From: Candidatus Woesearchaeota archaeon
GTDB taxonomy: Archaea; Nanobdellota; Nanobdellia; Woesearchaeales; JABGUJ01
Assembly (NCBI GenBank): GCA_018646625.1
Contig: JABGUJ010000002.1
Location: forward strand, 350,843 to 414,842
Direction: 5' to 3'
Length of the DNA stretch: 64,000 nucleotides
The notes beneath the pieces are model-generated. The model searched no databases. It was not told the DNA's origin and saw only the letters and a program-made list of their open reading frames with translations. The translations under genes were made by a program, and so were the position numbers. Below are positions 19,777-29,918 of the stretch, in pieces (the first letter of the stretch is position 1; the number at the start of each line of letters is the position of its first letter).

Positions 19777-22248
19777 TCAAGATATGGTACTTACGTGGTT
19801 GTCTTTTGTTATTTTTAGTACACTCTCGACAAAGCTTTCTACTTTACTCTCATGACTAACTACAATGATTTGTCTCATTTTTAATTGTTGAATTACATCA
19901 CGAACTCTGTCAAGTTGTTCCGCTGAGAATCCATCAGTTGGCTCATCAAGAATGATTAAGTCTTTAGTGTTTATTTCAGAAATAACGTCGTTAATAACTT
20001 TGTTTAATGCTAAACGATAAGAAAGAGCTAATGCTGTTTTCTCTCCGCCAGATAAAGATCTAACGTTAGTTTCATAGCCATTTTGCATTACAACTGGAGT
20101 AAACTCTTCATCAAGTTTAGCAGAGAGCATTTCATCTTCAATAATCAAATTAAACCATTCAGAAAATAGATTGTTGAATTGATGGTAAACTTTAGACATG
20201 ATTTGTTTTTCCATCAAAGTTACAAGATTAACAAAATATTCTTCTAGCCAGTTCTGGATTTGTGCGACTTTTTGTGCTTTCTCCTTAAAACAGACTTTGA
20301 GCTTTACTTCATCATTTATGTCTTCTAGAACTTTATTAATATTAGATAGATTTTGTGTTAACTGCGCATGTTTTATTTCTACTTCTTTCTCTTGCTTCGA
20401 TATTTGTTCTAGATCGTGTCGCAAGTTTTCGTAAGTTACTTCACATTCTTTTAATTCACTCACCCTTTTTTCTAAAGTGATCTTTAAGTTGAGCAAAGCG
20501 TTTGTTTCCTCCTGAAGATTGTCTCGTTGTGACCTTAGACGTGTTTTGTCGTTGTTTTTTGACTTTAAAGATTGTTCTAGATGAGATTTTTCTTTTATCT
20601 TCAGAATAGTATCTTGATGTGTTTTTAGTAATTCCTTCTTTTTGTTAATTTGAGCTAGAAGTGCTTCTGTGTTTAGCATCTTAAGAGAATTTATTTGTCT
20701 TTCTAGTTCTTCCGCCTTTTTGTTAGTATCTTGTCTTTGTGTTTCTTTTTGTGTTATTTCATTTTGTATCTCTTTTAAGTTTTCTAGTTCCGACTTTAAG
20801 ATTAGGAAGTTCTTTTCTTTCTCTTGCAAAGTGATTAGCTGTTCTTTTAAGCTTTTTATTTTATTTTCTTTCTCAGTTAGTTCAGAAGTTAATGTGTCTT
20901 TTTCTTTAGAATGGGTTGCGATCTTCCCATCTTCAGTCTCAGTTATCTTGGTTTTGTGTTCAGTTGTGACTGGCTGAATACAAGTGGGACAAGTGTCAAG
21001 ACTCGATATGTCCTCTTTTGTTTTAGTACTTAAATTAATATTGATCGTGCATTCGTTTATTTTGGCTTTAAGTTCATCTAGCTCTTTATTTATTATGTTC
21101 AATTCTTCTTCTACGATTTTCTTTGATTCTACTTCTAATTTGATGATGTCAAGATCGTCTTTCTTTTTATTTAGCAACTTTAGTTTGCTTTCTTTGATAG
21201 TTATCTCTTCTTGTATTATCTTAACTGATTCTTTTGTCGAGTTTAATATTGCATTTAGTTCTGATTCTTTTTTTTCTTTTGATTGTATCTTGGTTTGTAG
21301 CTCTTCAATCTCCGCATCTATTTGATCAGAATTAATTGGATTCTCATCTATTTTCATGGTTGAAAGTTTGTTGTTTATGCTAAGAATCTCAACATCCAAT
21401 CGCTCAATCCATTCTTGTTGCTTTTTTATCTGTTGAGTGTGTGCCAAGACCTTTTCTTCAGCAACCAAGATTTTCTTTTTTGTGTCCAGAAATCGTTTAA
21501 CGTTGTCTTCCCCTTGTTGTATCAACTCTTTCTTTTGAGTTATTTGTTCTTTCAACGTTCGAATTGTTGGGGTGATGATTTCAACATCTTTGGTTATTCT
21601 TTTAGACTCTTCTTCGTAAAGCTCTTTTTGTTTTAACTTGCCCGCCAGATCTGCAAATCGTCCTTCAAGCTCTTTTCTTTTTTCTTTAAGAGTTCTAACG
21701 TAAGTTACGGCGTTCTCTTTAATTAACTTGTATTTGTCAATGCCAAAAACTTTTCTTAGCGTGTTTAGTCTGGTTTCTTTATCATCATAAATTATGCTTT
21801 TCATATCTTCTTGAGGAGTGTAGACTGTATATCTATACACCATAGATTTAGATTTAGAAACCAGATCTTGAGGATAGCCAAGCATTTCGATTATTATTGT
21901 TTTTAATTCTATCGCGGTAGCTTCTTTTTTTACGTTGTCTCGTATTATGAAACCTGCTTCTTGCTTAATAGAATCTTTCGTCTTCCGAAGGTTACGTCTT
22001 ATTGAGATGTCTTCCCCTTTTATATTAAAAGCCAACTCAACAGAACCTTGAATTTCTCCATGTCGCAAAAGGGATTCTGCCGACAATTGATCTCGCCGGG
22101 TTCCAAATAATGCGAATTCTATTGCTTGAAGCACGGTGGATTTGCCTGAACCAATATCTCCAGACAATAATAGAGATCCTTCAGGGAAGTCGATCTTTTC
22201 GCAGAGATAGCTCCTGATATTCTCTAACTTTAGGCTCTTTAGAATCAT
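19777..22248 (-). CDS. rad50: Rad50/SbcC SMC-family ATPase
   Basis: Walker A GDIGSGKST, long coiled coil, CPTC zinc hook, LSGGE, LDEPT. Confidence 0.88.
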   Translation of the reverse strand: MILKSLKLENIRSYLCEKIDFPEGSLLLSGDIGSGKSTVLQAIEFALFGTRRDQLSAESLLRHGEIQGSVELAFNIKGEDISIRRNLRKTKDSIKQEAGFIIRDNVKKEATAIELKTIIIEMLGYPQDLVSKSKSMVYRYTVYTPQEDMKSIIYDDKETRLNTLRKVFGIDKYKLIKENAVTYVRTLKEKRKELEGRFADLAGKLKQKELYEEESKRITKDVEIITPTIRTLKEQITQKKELIQQGEDNVKRFLDTKKKILVAEEKVLAHTQQIKKQQEWIERLDVEILSINNKLSTMKIDENPINSDQIDAEIEELQTKIQSKEKKESELNAILNSTKESVKIIQEEITIKESKLKLLNKKKDDLDIIKLEVESKKIVEEELNIINKELDELKAKINECTININLSTKTKEDISSLDTCPTCIQPVTTEHKTKITETEDGKIATHSKEKDTLTSELTEKENKIKSLKEQLITLQEKEKNFLILKSELENLKEIQNEITQKETQRQDTNKKAEELERQINSLKMLNTEALLAQINKKKELLKTHQDTILKIKEKSHLEQSLKSKNNDKTRLRSQRDNLQEETNALLNLKITLEKRVSELKECEVTYENLRHDLEQISKQEKEVEIKHAQLTQNLSNINKVLEDINDEVKLKVCFKEKAQKVAQIQNWLEEYFVNLVTLMEKQIMSKVYHQFNNLFSEWFNLIIEDEMLSAKLDEEFTPVVMQNGYETNVRSLSGGEKTALALSYRLALNKVINDVISEINTKDLIILDEPTDGFSAEQLDRVRDVIQQLKMRQIIVVSHESKVESFVESVLKITKDNHVSTIS

Positions 22249-22294
22249 AGATTTAATGGGTTTGAGGTGGTTTATTAAGTTTATTGTAGCGTAT

Positions 22295-22522
22295 TTAAAT
22301 GGGATGCATTGCTATCCAGCGGTATTTATTGCCGTCTTGACTTTTCTTCTTTTCAATGAAACCTTCTTTCACTAATAAATTGAAAACTTGAATCCAGAGC
22401 CTAGAATGAGAATTGATGAAGGCTTGCGAGCACCATTGATCTCTGTATTGATAGCGAAATGTTTGTTGTATTTCATGAGCCAAGTTTAGCTTTGATTGTT
22501 CGTTGAATAGTTGCTTTCGCAT
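22295..22522 (-). CDS. Small winged-helix-like protein
   Basis: LVKEGFIEKKK..GNKY pattern. Confidence 0.4.
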   Translation of the reverse strand: MRKQLFNEQSKLNLAHEIQQTFRYQYRDQWCSQAFINSHSRLWIQVFNLLVKEGFIEKKKSQDGNKYRWIAMHPI

Positions 22523-22597
22523 ATGTTTGTTTAGTTTAGTGAGTTAAAATATGTTTTGGTGGAAAGGGTTAAATAGGGTTATTGTGTTGGTCGTTTT

Positions 22598-23692
22598 ATG
22601 GTTGTCGCAGTTGTAAAGTGTAAGGATTACTCATCTGTTGGTAAGATGTTGCCTAAGGCTCTTTCTTTGATCGGTGGAATGGGGAAATATGTTAAGAAAG
22701 GTCAAAGGGTTCTAGTTAAACCAAATCTGTTATTGGGTAAGTTACCAGAAGATGCTGCAACAACACATCCAGAGATTCTTCGTGCCGTGTTAGTTGAATT
22801 GAAGAAGATTGGAGCTTCAGTAATTGTAGGGGATAGTCCTGGAATGGGTAACTTTGACGGGATTGCTAAGAAGACGGGATTAAAGAAAGTATGTGATGAA
22901 TTTAAAGTTGAGATAGTAGAGTTAAAGGAGAGAGTTGATGTTGAAAGAAAACAGAATAAATTAGTTAAGTTGTTTACAATATCTAAATTGGCTAATGATG
23001 TTGATGTTATTATTAATTTACCAAAGATGAAGACTCATACTTTGACGCACTTTACTGGTGCAGTGAAGAATATATTTGGATGCATACCTGGGAAGTTGAA
23101 GCCGCAGTTTCATTTACGACAGCAAGATGCCCATACGTTTTCTAGAATGTTGGTGGATTTGAATAAAGTTGTTGTTCCATCGTTGCATATAATGGATGCA
23201 GTTGTTGGGATGGAGGGGCAAGGTCCTAGCTCGGGTAGTCCTCGCGAAGTTGGATTGTTGATTGTTGGAGAGAATCCTTATGAGGTCGATTCTGTTGCCT
23301 GTTCTGTTGCAGGTATTGATAAGGCCCCTTATTTAGACATTGCTCGCAAACAAAAGTTGCTTGGTAAAGTTGTTGTTAAGGGAGAAAAGTTAGATTCTGT
23401 AAAGTTGTCTAGAAAGTTTTTACCTGCGAGATCTAGTTTTGATAGAATTCCTAAATGGATTATGAAAATGTTTAAAGGATTGTTTACTGCAAAGCCCTGG
23501 TTGTTACCTGAAAAGTGTATTCATTGTGCGAGATGTTTTGAAGTTTGTCCTGTAGATGCAATTAAGATGGTTGATGGTTATCCTCAATTTGATTATAATA
23601 AATGTATTCGATGTTATTGTTGTCATGAAATGTGTCCTGTTAAGGCTATCGGGTTGAAAGATAGTTTTCTTTTGAAGATTTTTAAGAAATAA
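22598..23692 (+). CDS. DUF362 protein with C-terminal 2x[4Fe-4S] ferredoxin
   Basis: VKPNL, TTHPE, LPKMKTH, TGAVKN, MEGQGP; two CxxCxxC motifs. Confidence 0.88.
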   Translation: MVVAVVKCKDYSSVGKMLPKALSLIGGMGKYVKKGQRVLVKPNLLLGKLPEDAATTHPEILRAVLVELKKIGASVIVGDSPGMGNFDGIAKKTGLKKVCDEFKVEIVELKERVDVERKQNKLVKLFTISKLANDVDVIINLPKMKTHTLTHFTGAVKNIFGCIPGKLKPQFHLRQQDAHTFSRMLVDLNKVVVPSLHIMDAVVGMEGQGPSSGSPREVGLLIVGENPYEVDSVACSVAGIDKAPYLDIARKQKLLGKVVVKGEKLDSVKLSRKFLPARSSFDRIPKWIMKMFKGLFTAKPWLLPEKCIHCARCFEVCPVDAIKMVDGYPQFDYNKCIRCYCCHEMCPVKAIGLKDSFLLKIFKK

Positions 23693-24496
23693 TTATTTTC
23701 TTTTTGATATTAGTAGTGCAATCGTTATTGCCGCAAGTAGTGCTATTATTCCTAAGTAAGCTGGAAATTCTGGTGCTTCGTGCGCTAATATGTCTATGTC
23801 TGAGACCTCAGAATCTTGCATACAATTGGAGTGATATTCATAAGCGTAAAGCATACGACAAGTATAACCATAAGAACAATCTTCATCCGTTTTACAGGCA
23901 CCGCAATAACTACCCTGATACCCCGATATACAAAAAGGCATATCTGAATCAACGCAATGGTCATCAGTTGCACATTCGCTGCAATAATTATCTTCATCAC
24001 AATATTTTGTATCATCATCGTAACATCTGAATCCTTCTTCGCCAACTTCCGAGCATTCAGCAAACTCTGATGCACCAGAAAACTTTATTAAAGCCCAGAG
24101 TACAACTAAAGACGGAGAAGAACAATCATTCTGATCCTGGTCAGCTCTACAGCTAATTTCATTTACAGACTCTCCAACACCATCTAGTGCTGCAAGTTCA
24201 GAGCCATATGCATTAATTAGAGGTTCTTCCATAATACTAGAATATAAACGAATCAAATACATATCAGGATCAATACAGGCATCGTTTGCTGAAATCATCA
24301 CTTCTCCAGTTACCGGATTCAAAATATCAGACATAGAAACACAATATTCATGTGGGCCACAAATGTCCGCAGGATCTTCAGGGTCACAATCAGCTTCAAT
24401 CATATCTTCAAGAACTGGACTTATATCTCCTAAATCGCAACCAGCTAATAGAATTACAACCAACGTTAAAACGAGTATTAGCAGCTTTTTGTTCAT
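23693..24496 (-). CDS. Cys-rich surface protein with lipobox and PEF-CTERM-like tail
   Basis: MNKKLL...LAGC; repeated CxxDxxC; APEFP + TM + basic tail. Confidence 0.7.
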   Translation of the reverse strand: MNKKLLILVLTLVVILLAGCDLGDISPVLEDMIEADCDPEDPADICGPHEYCVSMSDILNPVTGEVMISANDACIDPDMYLIRLYSSIMEEPLINAYGSELAALDGVGESVNEISCRADQDQNDCSSPSLVVLWALIKFSGASEFAECSEVGEEGFRCYDDDTKYCDEDNYCSECATDDHCVDSDMPFCISGYQGSYCGACKTDEDCSYGYTCRMLYAYEYHSNCMQDSEVSDIDILAHEAPEFPAYLGIIALLAAITIALLISKRK

Positions 24497-24827
24497 TGTG
24501 TTTAACTGTTGAACACCCATTAAAAATGTTTTCATTAAAAATGAGGTTTTAGTAAAACTTATAAACAATGATTACTTCTGTAATTGCCATGACAAAAACT
24601 ATTGTGAGTGGTTGTTTTCATTGTTTGCAAAGTATATTGCACTCCAAATAGTTTAAACACTAATTTCTTCGGACATAAATTTCATAGGTAGCTCCTGCTG
24701 CCTCCTATATCTAAAAACAAATATCTTCGATCTCAAAATCGCCAAAGAACTGTTCTTTGACCTTCTAGGGATTTAAAACAACGTAAAATGTACAATAGCG
24801 CTAGCTATGTCCTTTTATCAACAAAAT

Positions 24828-24900
24828 GGCGGCTATGGTGTATCGGTTTGCATTGAGGTCTGTGGAACCTCAGGTCCGGGTTCAACTCCCGGTAGCCGCT
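24828..24900 (+). tRNA. tRNA-His (GUG), copy 1
   Basis: Acceptor GCGGCTA/TAGCCGC with encoded G-1; anticodon arm GAGGT-CTGTGGA-ACCTC; T arm CCGGG-TTCAACT-CCCGG. Confidence 0.88.
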
Positions 24901-24906
24901 TTCAAT

Positions 24907-24978
24907 GTCCATTGTGGTGTATTGGTAGCATACCAGACTGTGGATCTGGAGGGCCGGGTTCAATTCTCGGCAATGGAC
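24907..24978 (+). tRNA. tRNA-His (GUG), copy 2
   Basis: G-1:C73 plus TCCATTG/CAATGGA acceptor; anticodon arm CCAGA-CTGTGGA-TCTGG; TTCAATT loop. Confidence 0.85.
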
Positions 24979-25003
24979 CTCAAATTATTGGAGGTATGGA
25001 AAA

Positions 25004-25927
25004 ATGCAATTAACAGCTATGAGAGAAAGAGAAGAGGTTGATTCGGTTAGTAGAAACATGATGAAAGAGTGGTTTGATGATTCAAGTACAGGAAAGAAAT
25101 TATTGGACTACGCATGTAAACAAGTTGAAGGAAGAAAAAGGTTTCAAGTAGATGACGAATGGATAGATGAACCCAAAGGAAGAATTACCGATGTTCAATA
25201 CAGGTTGACCCCTGAAGCAGTAAATGGTGTTCTGGCTGCGGCACAAGTATGGAACATGTTGGAAGGTAGAAAACAATTCAAGAGTACGAATCCCGAAGAG
25301 ATTGTGGTTAAGTTGTGGGAGAAATTTGTTTCGGGTGATGAATTATTTTTGTTTACTCCTTGGGGTCCGAGATATGGTTATGAAACTAGAGGAACTGAAA
25401 TTAAAGAAAACGATGCCGAAACGAAGGCACTAGAGGAGTTAGCAGAAGTTACAAAAGGAATTAGAGATACAGGAATGAATGTAACTAATTTGTTGATGTA
25501 TGCCGATCTCTATGGAACAGATGTTAATGGATTGCCTGTAAATGTCGTGAGAGCTTATGGTCAATCACTAAAACAAACAGCAGTTGATAGACTGCAAGAT
25601 CCTTTGGTGAAACCATGGTCGGTAATAAGAAGTGGAGCACAAGATATGTATGATGCTTTGTGTGCACAAGTTAGCGAGATGTTTGGAACGTATGTATCGG
25701 AAGGTACTTTTGAGAAAATGGTCAAGGTTGGAGAGAGATTTAATCCAGGATCAGGAAGAGAATCTTCAAGGAAGTATTGCATCGAGAGAGTAGTTGAAGC
25801 CAGAATGATTGATCTGTTGTATGATCCAATAAAAGCGAGCATGGTCATTCCAGAAAAAGATGAACTAGATGGATCGTTGAAGAGAGTTTATGTAATTAAT
25901 AACAGAGCACCATGGTTAGGGAGGTAA
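25004..25927 (+). CDS. Uncharacterised enzyme, possibly PvcA/Dit1- or CDPS-like Rossmann fold
   Basis: DAETKALEEL..I...LLMYAD..D.NG...Y and KYCIERVVE patterns, by eye only. Confidence 0.4.
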   Translation: MQLTAMREREEVDSVSRNMMKEWFDDSSTGKKLLDYACKQVEGRKRFQVDDEWIDEPKGRITDVQYRLTPEAVNGVLAAAQVWNMLEGRKQFKSTNPEEIVVKLWEKFVSGDELFLFTPWGPRYGYETRGTEIKENDAETKALEELAEVTKGIRDTGMNVTNLLMYADLYGTDVNGLPVNVVRAYGQSLKQTAVDRLQDPLVKPWSVIRSGAQDMYDALCAQVSEMFGTYVSEGTFEKMVKVGERFNPGSGRESSRKYCIERVVEARMIDLLYDPIKASMVIPEKDELDGSLKRVYVINNRAPWLGR

Positions 25928-26796
25928 TTAATATGGATAATTCATTTATGAGAAGAGTTTGGGATTTGCATTATCACATAGGACCTGAAGTTATTCCAAG
26001 GAAATATGGTGTTGCAGAACTTCGAGAAAGAATGAAAGGCAATATCAAGGGAATGGCTTTGAAGTCACACTTTTATCCAACAAGTGTTTTTATCGACGAT
26101 TCAGACTCGTTGATAGGCTCAGTTGCATTGAATAATTATGTTGGTGGTATAAACAAAGATGCAGTGTATGCTGCATCAGTTATCAGCAAAAAACCAATTA
26201 TTGTGTGGTTTCCAACAATAAATGCAAAAAGATTTGTGGATAAATCGGAACTCGAGATTCCTAATGAGTGGACTCAAGGAAAAATAAAGTCAAGAAGTGC
26301 AAAAGAAATCGAAGGGTTGAGTGTTTTGAACTCAGTCGGTGGTTTAAGCGAAGATGCAAAAGCAGTCGTTAAAGCAGCAAAGGTATTCAACAATGTTATT
26401 GCGACCGGACACTTAAGTTGGCAAGAAGCGAAGAAGTTGGCAAAGTATTGTTTGCAGGATGATGTTACGGTAGTGATAACTCACCCAATATATCACTTAA
26501 TTGATATGCCAATAGAAGTACAAAAAGAATTGGCGGTGAAAGGCGCATTTATAGAACAAACTTATGCCATGTACTCAATTGACAACATTCCAATGAGTAA
26601 GATTGCTGAGCAAATAAAAGAAATTGGTGCAGAGAAATGTATCATGACTTCAGATAGCGGCCAAGTGTTTAGCAAGGATCCTTGGGTGTGTATGAATGAG
26701 TTTGCGGAAGCATTGAAAAAAGAAGGGATTAGTGAAAGAGAGCTTGAGCTCATGATGATAACCAATCCTGAAAAGATAATAAGTTATATAAAGTAA
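25912..26796 (+). CDS. Amidohydrolase-superfamily TIM-barrel (DUF6282-like)
   Basis: DLHYH, LKSH, ATGHL, THP, TSDSGQ, NP. Confidence 0.8.
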   Translation: MVREVINMDNSFMRRVWDLHYHIGPEVIPRKYGVAELRERMKGNIKGMALKSHFYPTSVFIDDSDSLIGSVALNNYVGGINKDAVYAASVISKKPIIVWFPTINAKRFVDKSELEIPNEWTQGKIKSRSAKEIEGLSVLNSVGGLSEDAKAVVKAAKVFNNVIATGHLSWQEAKKLAKYCLQDDVTVVITHPIYHLIDMPIEVQKELAVKGAFIEQTYAMYSIDNIPMSKIAEQIKEIGAEKCIMTSDSGQVFSKDPWVCMNEFAEALKKEGISERELELMMITNPEKIISYIK

Positions 26797-26808
26797 AAGA
26801 GAGAAGGA

Positions 26809-28092
26809 GTGATCAAGATGAAACTACAAACTGCAAAAGGAGTAAGAGACATACCACCAGAGGAAAAGATAGTTAGGAATAGAATGATTTCTACGTTGAC
26901 CACAGTTTTTGAGAGATATGGTTTTGCACCATTAGAAACTCCAATAATTGAACGGTTTGAGACATTAGCTGCTAAAGGTGGTGCTGGTGGAGAAAGTGAT
27001 GCTTTGAAAGAAACTTTTACTTTGAAAGATCAAGGCGATCGTGCATTGGGATTAAAGTTTGAACAAACAACTTCTTTAGCAAGGTATGTAGGAATGAATC
27101 CTCAGATTAAAATGCCTTTCAAAAGATATGAAATCGGTCCAGTGTTTAGAGATGGCCCAATAAAAGCTGGAAGGTATAGACAGTTTTGGCAATGTGATGT
27201 AGATACTGTTGGAAGTAAATCTATGTTGGCAGATGCCGAAGTTATTGCAATAATGGAAAAAGTGTTTGAGGACTTTGGTTTTGATATTGCAATTAAAGTT
27301 AATAATCGAAAAGTGTTGAATGGTTTGTTGAATCAAGCAGGCGTAGATGATAAAGAAGAGGCAATTATTGCAATTGATAAACTCGAGAAGATTGGAAAAT
27401 CTGGAGTGACTGACGAGTTGTTCGATAGAGGATATAACGATGTTCAAGTTGAAAAGATCTTTGATGTGTTAGATGTTGGTAGTGATTTATCTAAATTGAA
27501 GTTGAAAATAACAGATGAAGAAGGTTTAGAAGGTGTTAAAGAGTTGGAAGAGTTGTTTGGTTACTTAGATAAGATGAAAATCAAAGTGGCTGCGTTTGAC
27601 GTAACTCTTGCACGTGGTTTAGCATACTATACTGGAACTGTGTTTGAAGCTTTTTCTAAATCTGGTCCGATTAAATCATCTCTCGCAGGCGGCGGTAGAT
27701 ATGATTCTATGGTTGGAAAATTTTTGGGCGGTGGAAGAGACATACCTGCAGTAGGTGTTGCATTCGGTTTAGCACCAATAATGGATTCTTTGAAAGCTAA
27801 AGAAGAGTTCAAAGAAAAAAATCCTGCAAAGGTTTATGTGATTCCAATTAAAACAGTTGATGAATCATTAGATGTTGTTCAAAAGTTGAGAGACTTGGGA
27901 GTGAATGCGGATTTTGATATTAATGGTCGCGGCATGAGTAAAAACTTGAACTATGCTAATGCAATGGGGATTCCTTTTGTTATCATTATTGGAGAAAATG
28001 AGTTAAAGGCAGGGAAGGTTTTGTTGCGAGATATGGCTAGTGGAGATCAGAATCTTCTAACTGTTGAAGAAGCGGCTAAGACACTTTCTTAG
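26809..28092 (+). CDS. hisS: Histidine--tRNA ligase
   Basis: KGVRD, FRD...GRYRQFWQCDVD, LARGLAYYTG, GGGRYD, anticodon-binding domain. Confidence 0.95.
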   Translation: MIKMKLQTAKGVRDIPPEEKIVRNRMISTLTTVFERYGFAPLETPIIERFETLAAKGGAGGESDALKETFTLKDQGDRALGLKFEQTTSLARYVGMNPQIKMPFKRYEIGPVFRDGPIKAGRYRQFWQCDVDTVGSKSMLADAEVIAIMEKVFEDFGFDIAIKVNNRKVLNGLLNQAGVDDKEEAIIAIDKLEKIGKSGVTDELFDRGYNDVQVEKIFDVLDVGSDLSKLKLKITDEEGLEGVKELEELFGYLDKMKIKVAAFDVTLARGLAYYTGTVFEAFSKSGPIKSSLAGGGRYDSMVGKFLGGGRDIPAVGVAFGLAPIMDSLKAKEEFKEKNPAKVYVIPIKTVDESLDVVQKLRDLGVNADFDINGRGMSKNLNYANAMGIPFVIIIGENELKAGKVLLRDMASGDQNLLTVEEAAKTLS

Positions 28093-28218
28093 TTCTTTTT
28101 TTTTGAAAGAATTGTTTTCAATATGGAAAATATATATTTCTTTTTAAAGAAAATGGAAAAGTTTAAATAGTGTCTCGATCGTTACTAAGTAGTAACAATT
28201 ACTAAGAGGTATTGGAAC

Positions 28219-28329
28219 ATGGTACTAAACGAGCTTGAAAGACGGAAATATGAACTGAAAAAAGAAGTTTGGGTACAGACCGAAATCTCTAAATATAATG
28301 AGTTTCTGAATGAGGTACGGGGAAAATGA
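28219..28329 (+). CDS. Small hypothetical peptide (36 aa)
   Basis: GAGGT SD; MVLNELERRKYELKKE...; stop overlaps the next ATG. Confidence 0.35.
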   Translation: MVLNELERRKYELKKEVWVQTEISKYNEFLNEVRGK

Positions 28330-28868
28330 GAGATAATAGAAGACAGACATATTTCTGGAGAATACCTGATCGTAATTATAATGTTGATGATCTTAGAGGA
28401 TTTGCAAAGTTTGGACATAATCATCCTACAATATCTGGACTTGCAATGAAGTACGTTGCTAAACCAGTAGGTGTTGCTGCAGGTATAGGAGTGGCAGCAT
28501 TACTTTTAGTTGGAGCATTGAAATTAATACAACCTATGGAATATTCAGCAGATCATTGTGATTATACAGTACAGCGAGGAGATACTCCTGCAAGTATTGC
28601 ACAAAAAGCAGGGTATACCGGTAGAGATGTTGATGATGCAGTAAGCTTTATGTGTAGAGCTAATGAGAATACTCACGACAGAGATGTTGGTCAAGGACTT
28701 CTTTCGTTTCCAAGTGATGATCCTAACTGCGGTACAATTGTTGCTGGACATGCAATTATGGTTCCTTATGATCCAAAGACTGCACAGTTTGCAGACGGTG
28801 AATGTCAGCCATTACCAACGGCTTCAGAAAACTTTGCTACATTAGTTGACATAGTTACAGGACGTTGA
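28326..28868 (+). CDS. Membrane-anchored LysM-domain protein
   Basis: TM then YTVQRGDTPASIAQK...N...IVAGHAIMVP. Confidence 0.7.
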   Translation: MRDNRRQTYFWRIPDRNYNVDDLRGFAKFGHNHPTISGLAMKYVAKPVGVAAGIGVAALLLVGALKLIQPMEYSADHCDYTVQRGDTPASIAQKAGYTGRDVDDAVSFMCRANENTHDRDVGQGLLSFPSDDPNCGTIVAGHAIMVPYDPKTAQFADGECQPLPTASENFATLVDIVTGR

Positions 28869-28872
28869 TAAT

Positions 28873-29577
28873 ATGGATTACTTTAATACCCGTATAGAGA
28901 CGCCAGATTTACAAAGGCTTTTAGGAGATTCTCACACCACATCTAAAGAAGTTAATGTAAAAGATATTGACGGAGTTTCTGCAGTTTATGCAACATCAGA
29001 GGATGTTATGACTGTTTGCGCAATTATTGGCGAAACTGTTTATGATGTTGAAGGTGGAATAAGCGAAGTTGGATTAGCAGCAGAAGTCATGAAAGACAGA
29101 GTTCCTGTTTTAGTTGAGCATAGAGATGGCACATACACCGCAATTTCTCATCACGAATATGTTGAAGCATTTAGAGCAATGGAAATTGGCACTTTTGAAG
29201 CAGAAGTGATTCCACAAGCATACTTTACAGAGATGAGACGAGTAGACAAAGAAGCAGAAGGTTTTCGCGGTTCTCCTGAAAACTGGGACGCCGTAATGAG
29301 AGCTACTGGTGCTAGAGGATCAATTGTTATTCCTTCAAGAGATGAGAAAGGCAGAACGTATGAATTAACTGCCTGCTTTGAGTTTTATGGAAGAGCCTAT
29401 GAATTACATGCAGATATAAAATATGAGGATATACTTATTCTCCCCATGAATTTAGCAGCTGATAAAGCAACAGGGCCTCAAAAAATGGAAGATCATCAAA
29501 GAATGGCTCTCGCATTAGATACTGCGAAGCTTAAAGGCACGTTAATAGACAGAATAGTGAATAGCCTCAGTCAATAA
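28873..29577 (+). CDS. Hypothetical protein with degenerate ParB/Srx-like segment
   Basis: PVLVEHRDGTYTAISHHEYVEA resembles the ParB-N pattern without GxxR. Confidence 0.4.
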   Translation: MDYFNTRIETPDLQRLLGDSHTTSKEVNVKDIDGVSAVYATSEDVMTVCAIIGETVYDVEGGISEVGLAAEVMKDRVPVLVEHRDGTYTAISHHEYVEAFRAMEIGTFEAEVIPQAYFTEMRRVDKEAEGFRGSPENWDAVMRATGARGSIVIPSRDEKGRTYELTACFEFYGRAYELHADIKYEDILILPMNLAADKATGPQKMEDHQRMALALDTAKLKGTLIDRIVNSLSQ

Positions 29578-29607
29578 TTTTATATATTCCTTTCTTATTT
29601 TTATTTT

Positions 29608-29874
29608 ATGAATTTTGATTTAGAGCTAGATAAAGCTGTTAAGGAAATAGAGTCTTCTAAAGCTAAAAGGGTATGCATACAACTGCCTGATGGATTAAAG
29701 ACAAGAGCGTTAGAGGTTTACGATCATTTGAAAGCAAACACTAAAGCGGAAATTCTTATTTGGATGGGAAGTTGTTTTGGTGCGTGCGATGTTCCAAATG
29801 GATTAGAAAATCTTAAAGTGGATTTGCTGATTCAATGGGGACATTCTAGATTCTCAAAACCAAAATTTGGTTAA
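29608..29874 (+). CDS. Diphthamide synthesis Dph2 N-terminal domain (short/split)
   Basis: VCIQLPDGLK, CFGACD, LLIQWGHS. Confidence 0.8.
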   Translation: MNFDLELDKAVKEIESSKAKRVCIQLPDGLKTRALEVYDHLKANTKAEILIWMGSCFGACDVPNGLENLKVDLLIQWGHSRFSKPKFG

Positions 29875-29918
29875 AGAAATAGTTTAAGGTATAAAGAATC
29901 AATAGATAAAGGAATTTA

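Noticed and set aside
24807..25041. Short ORFs 24807-25013 and 24826-25041
   Set aside because: They overlap the two tRNA-His genes
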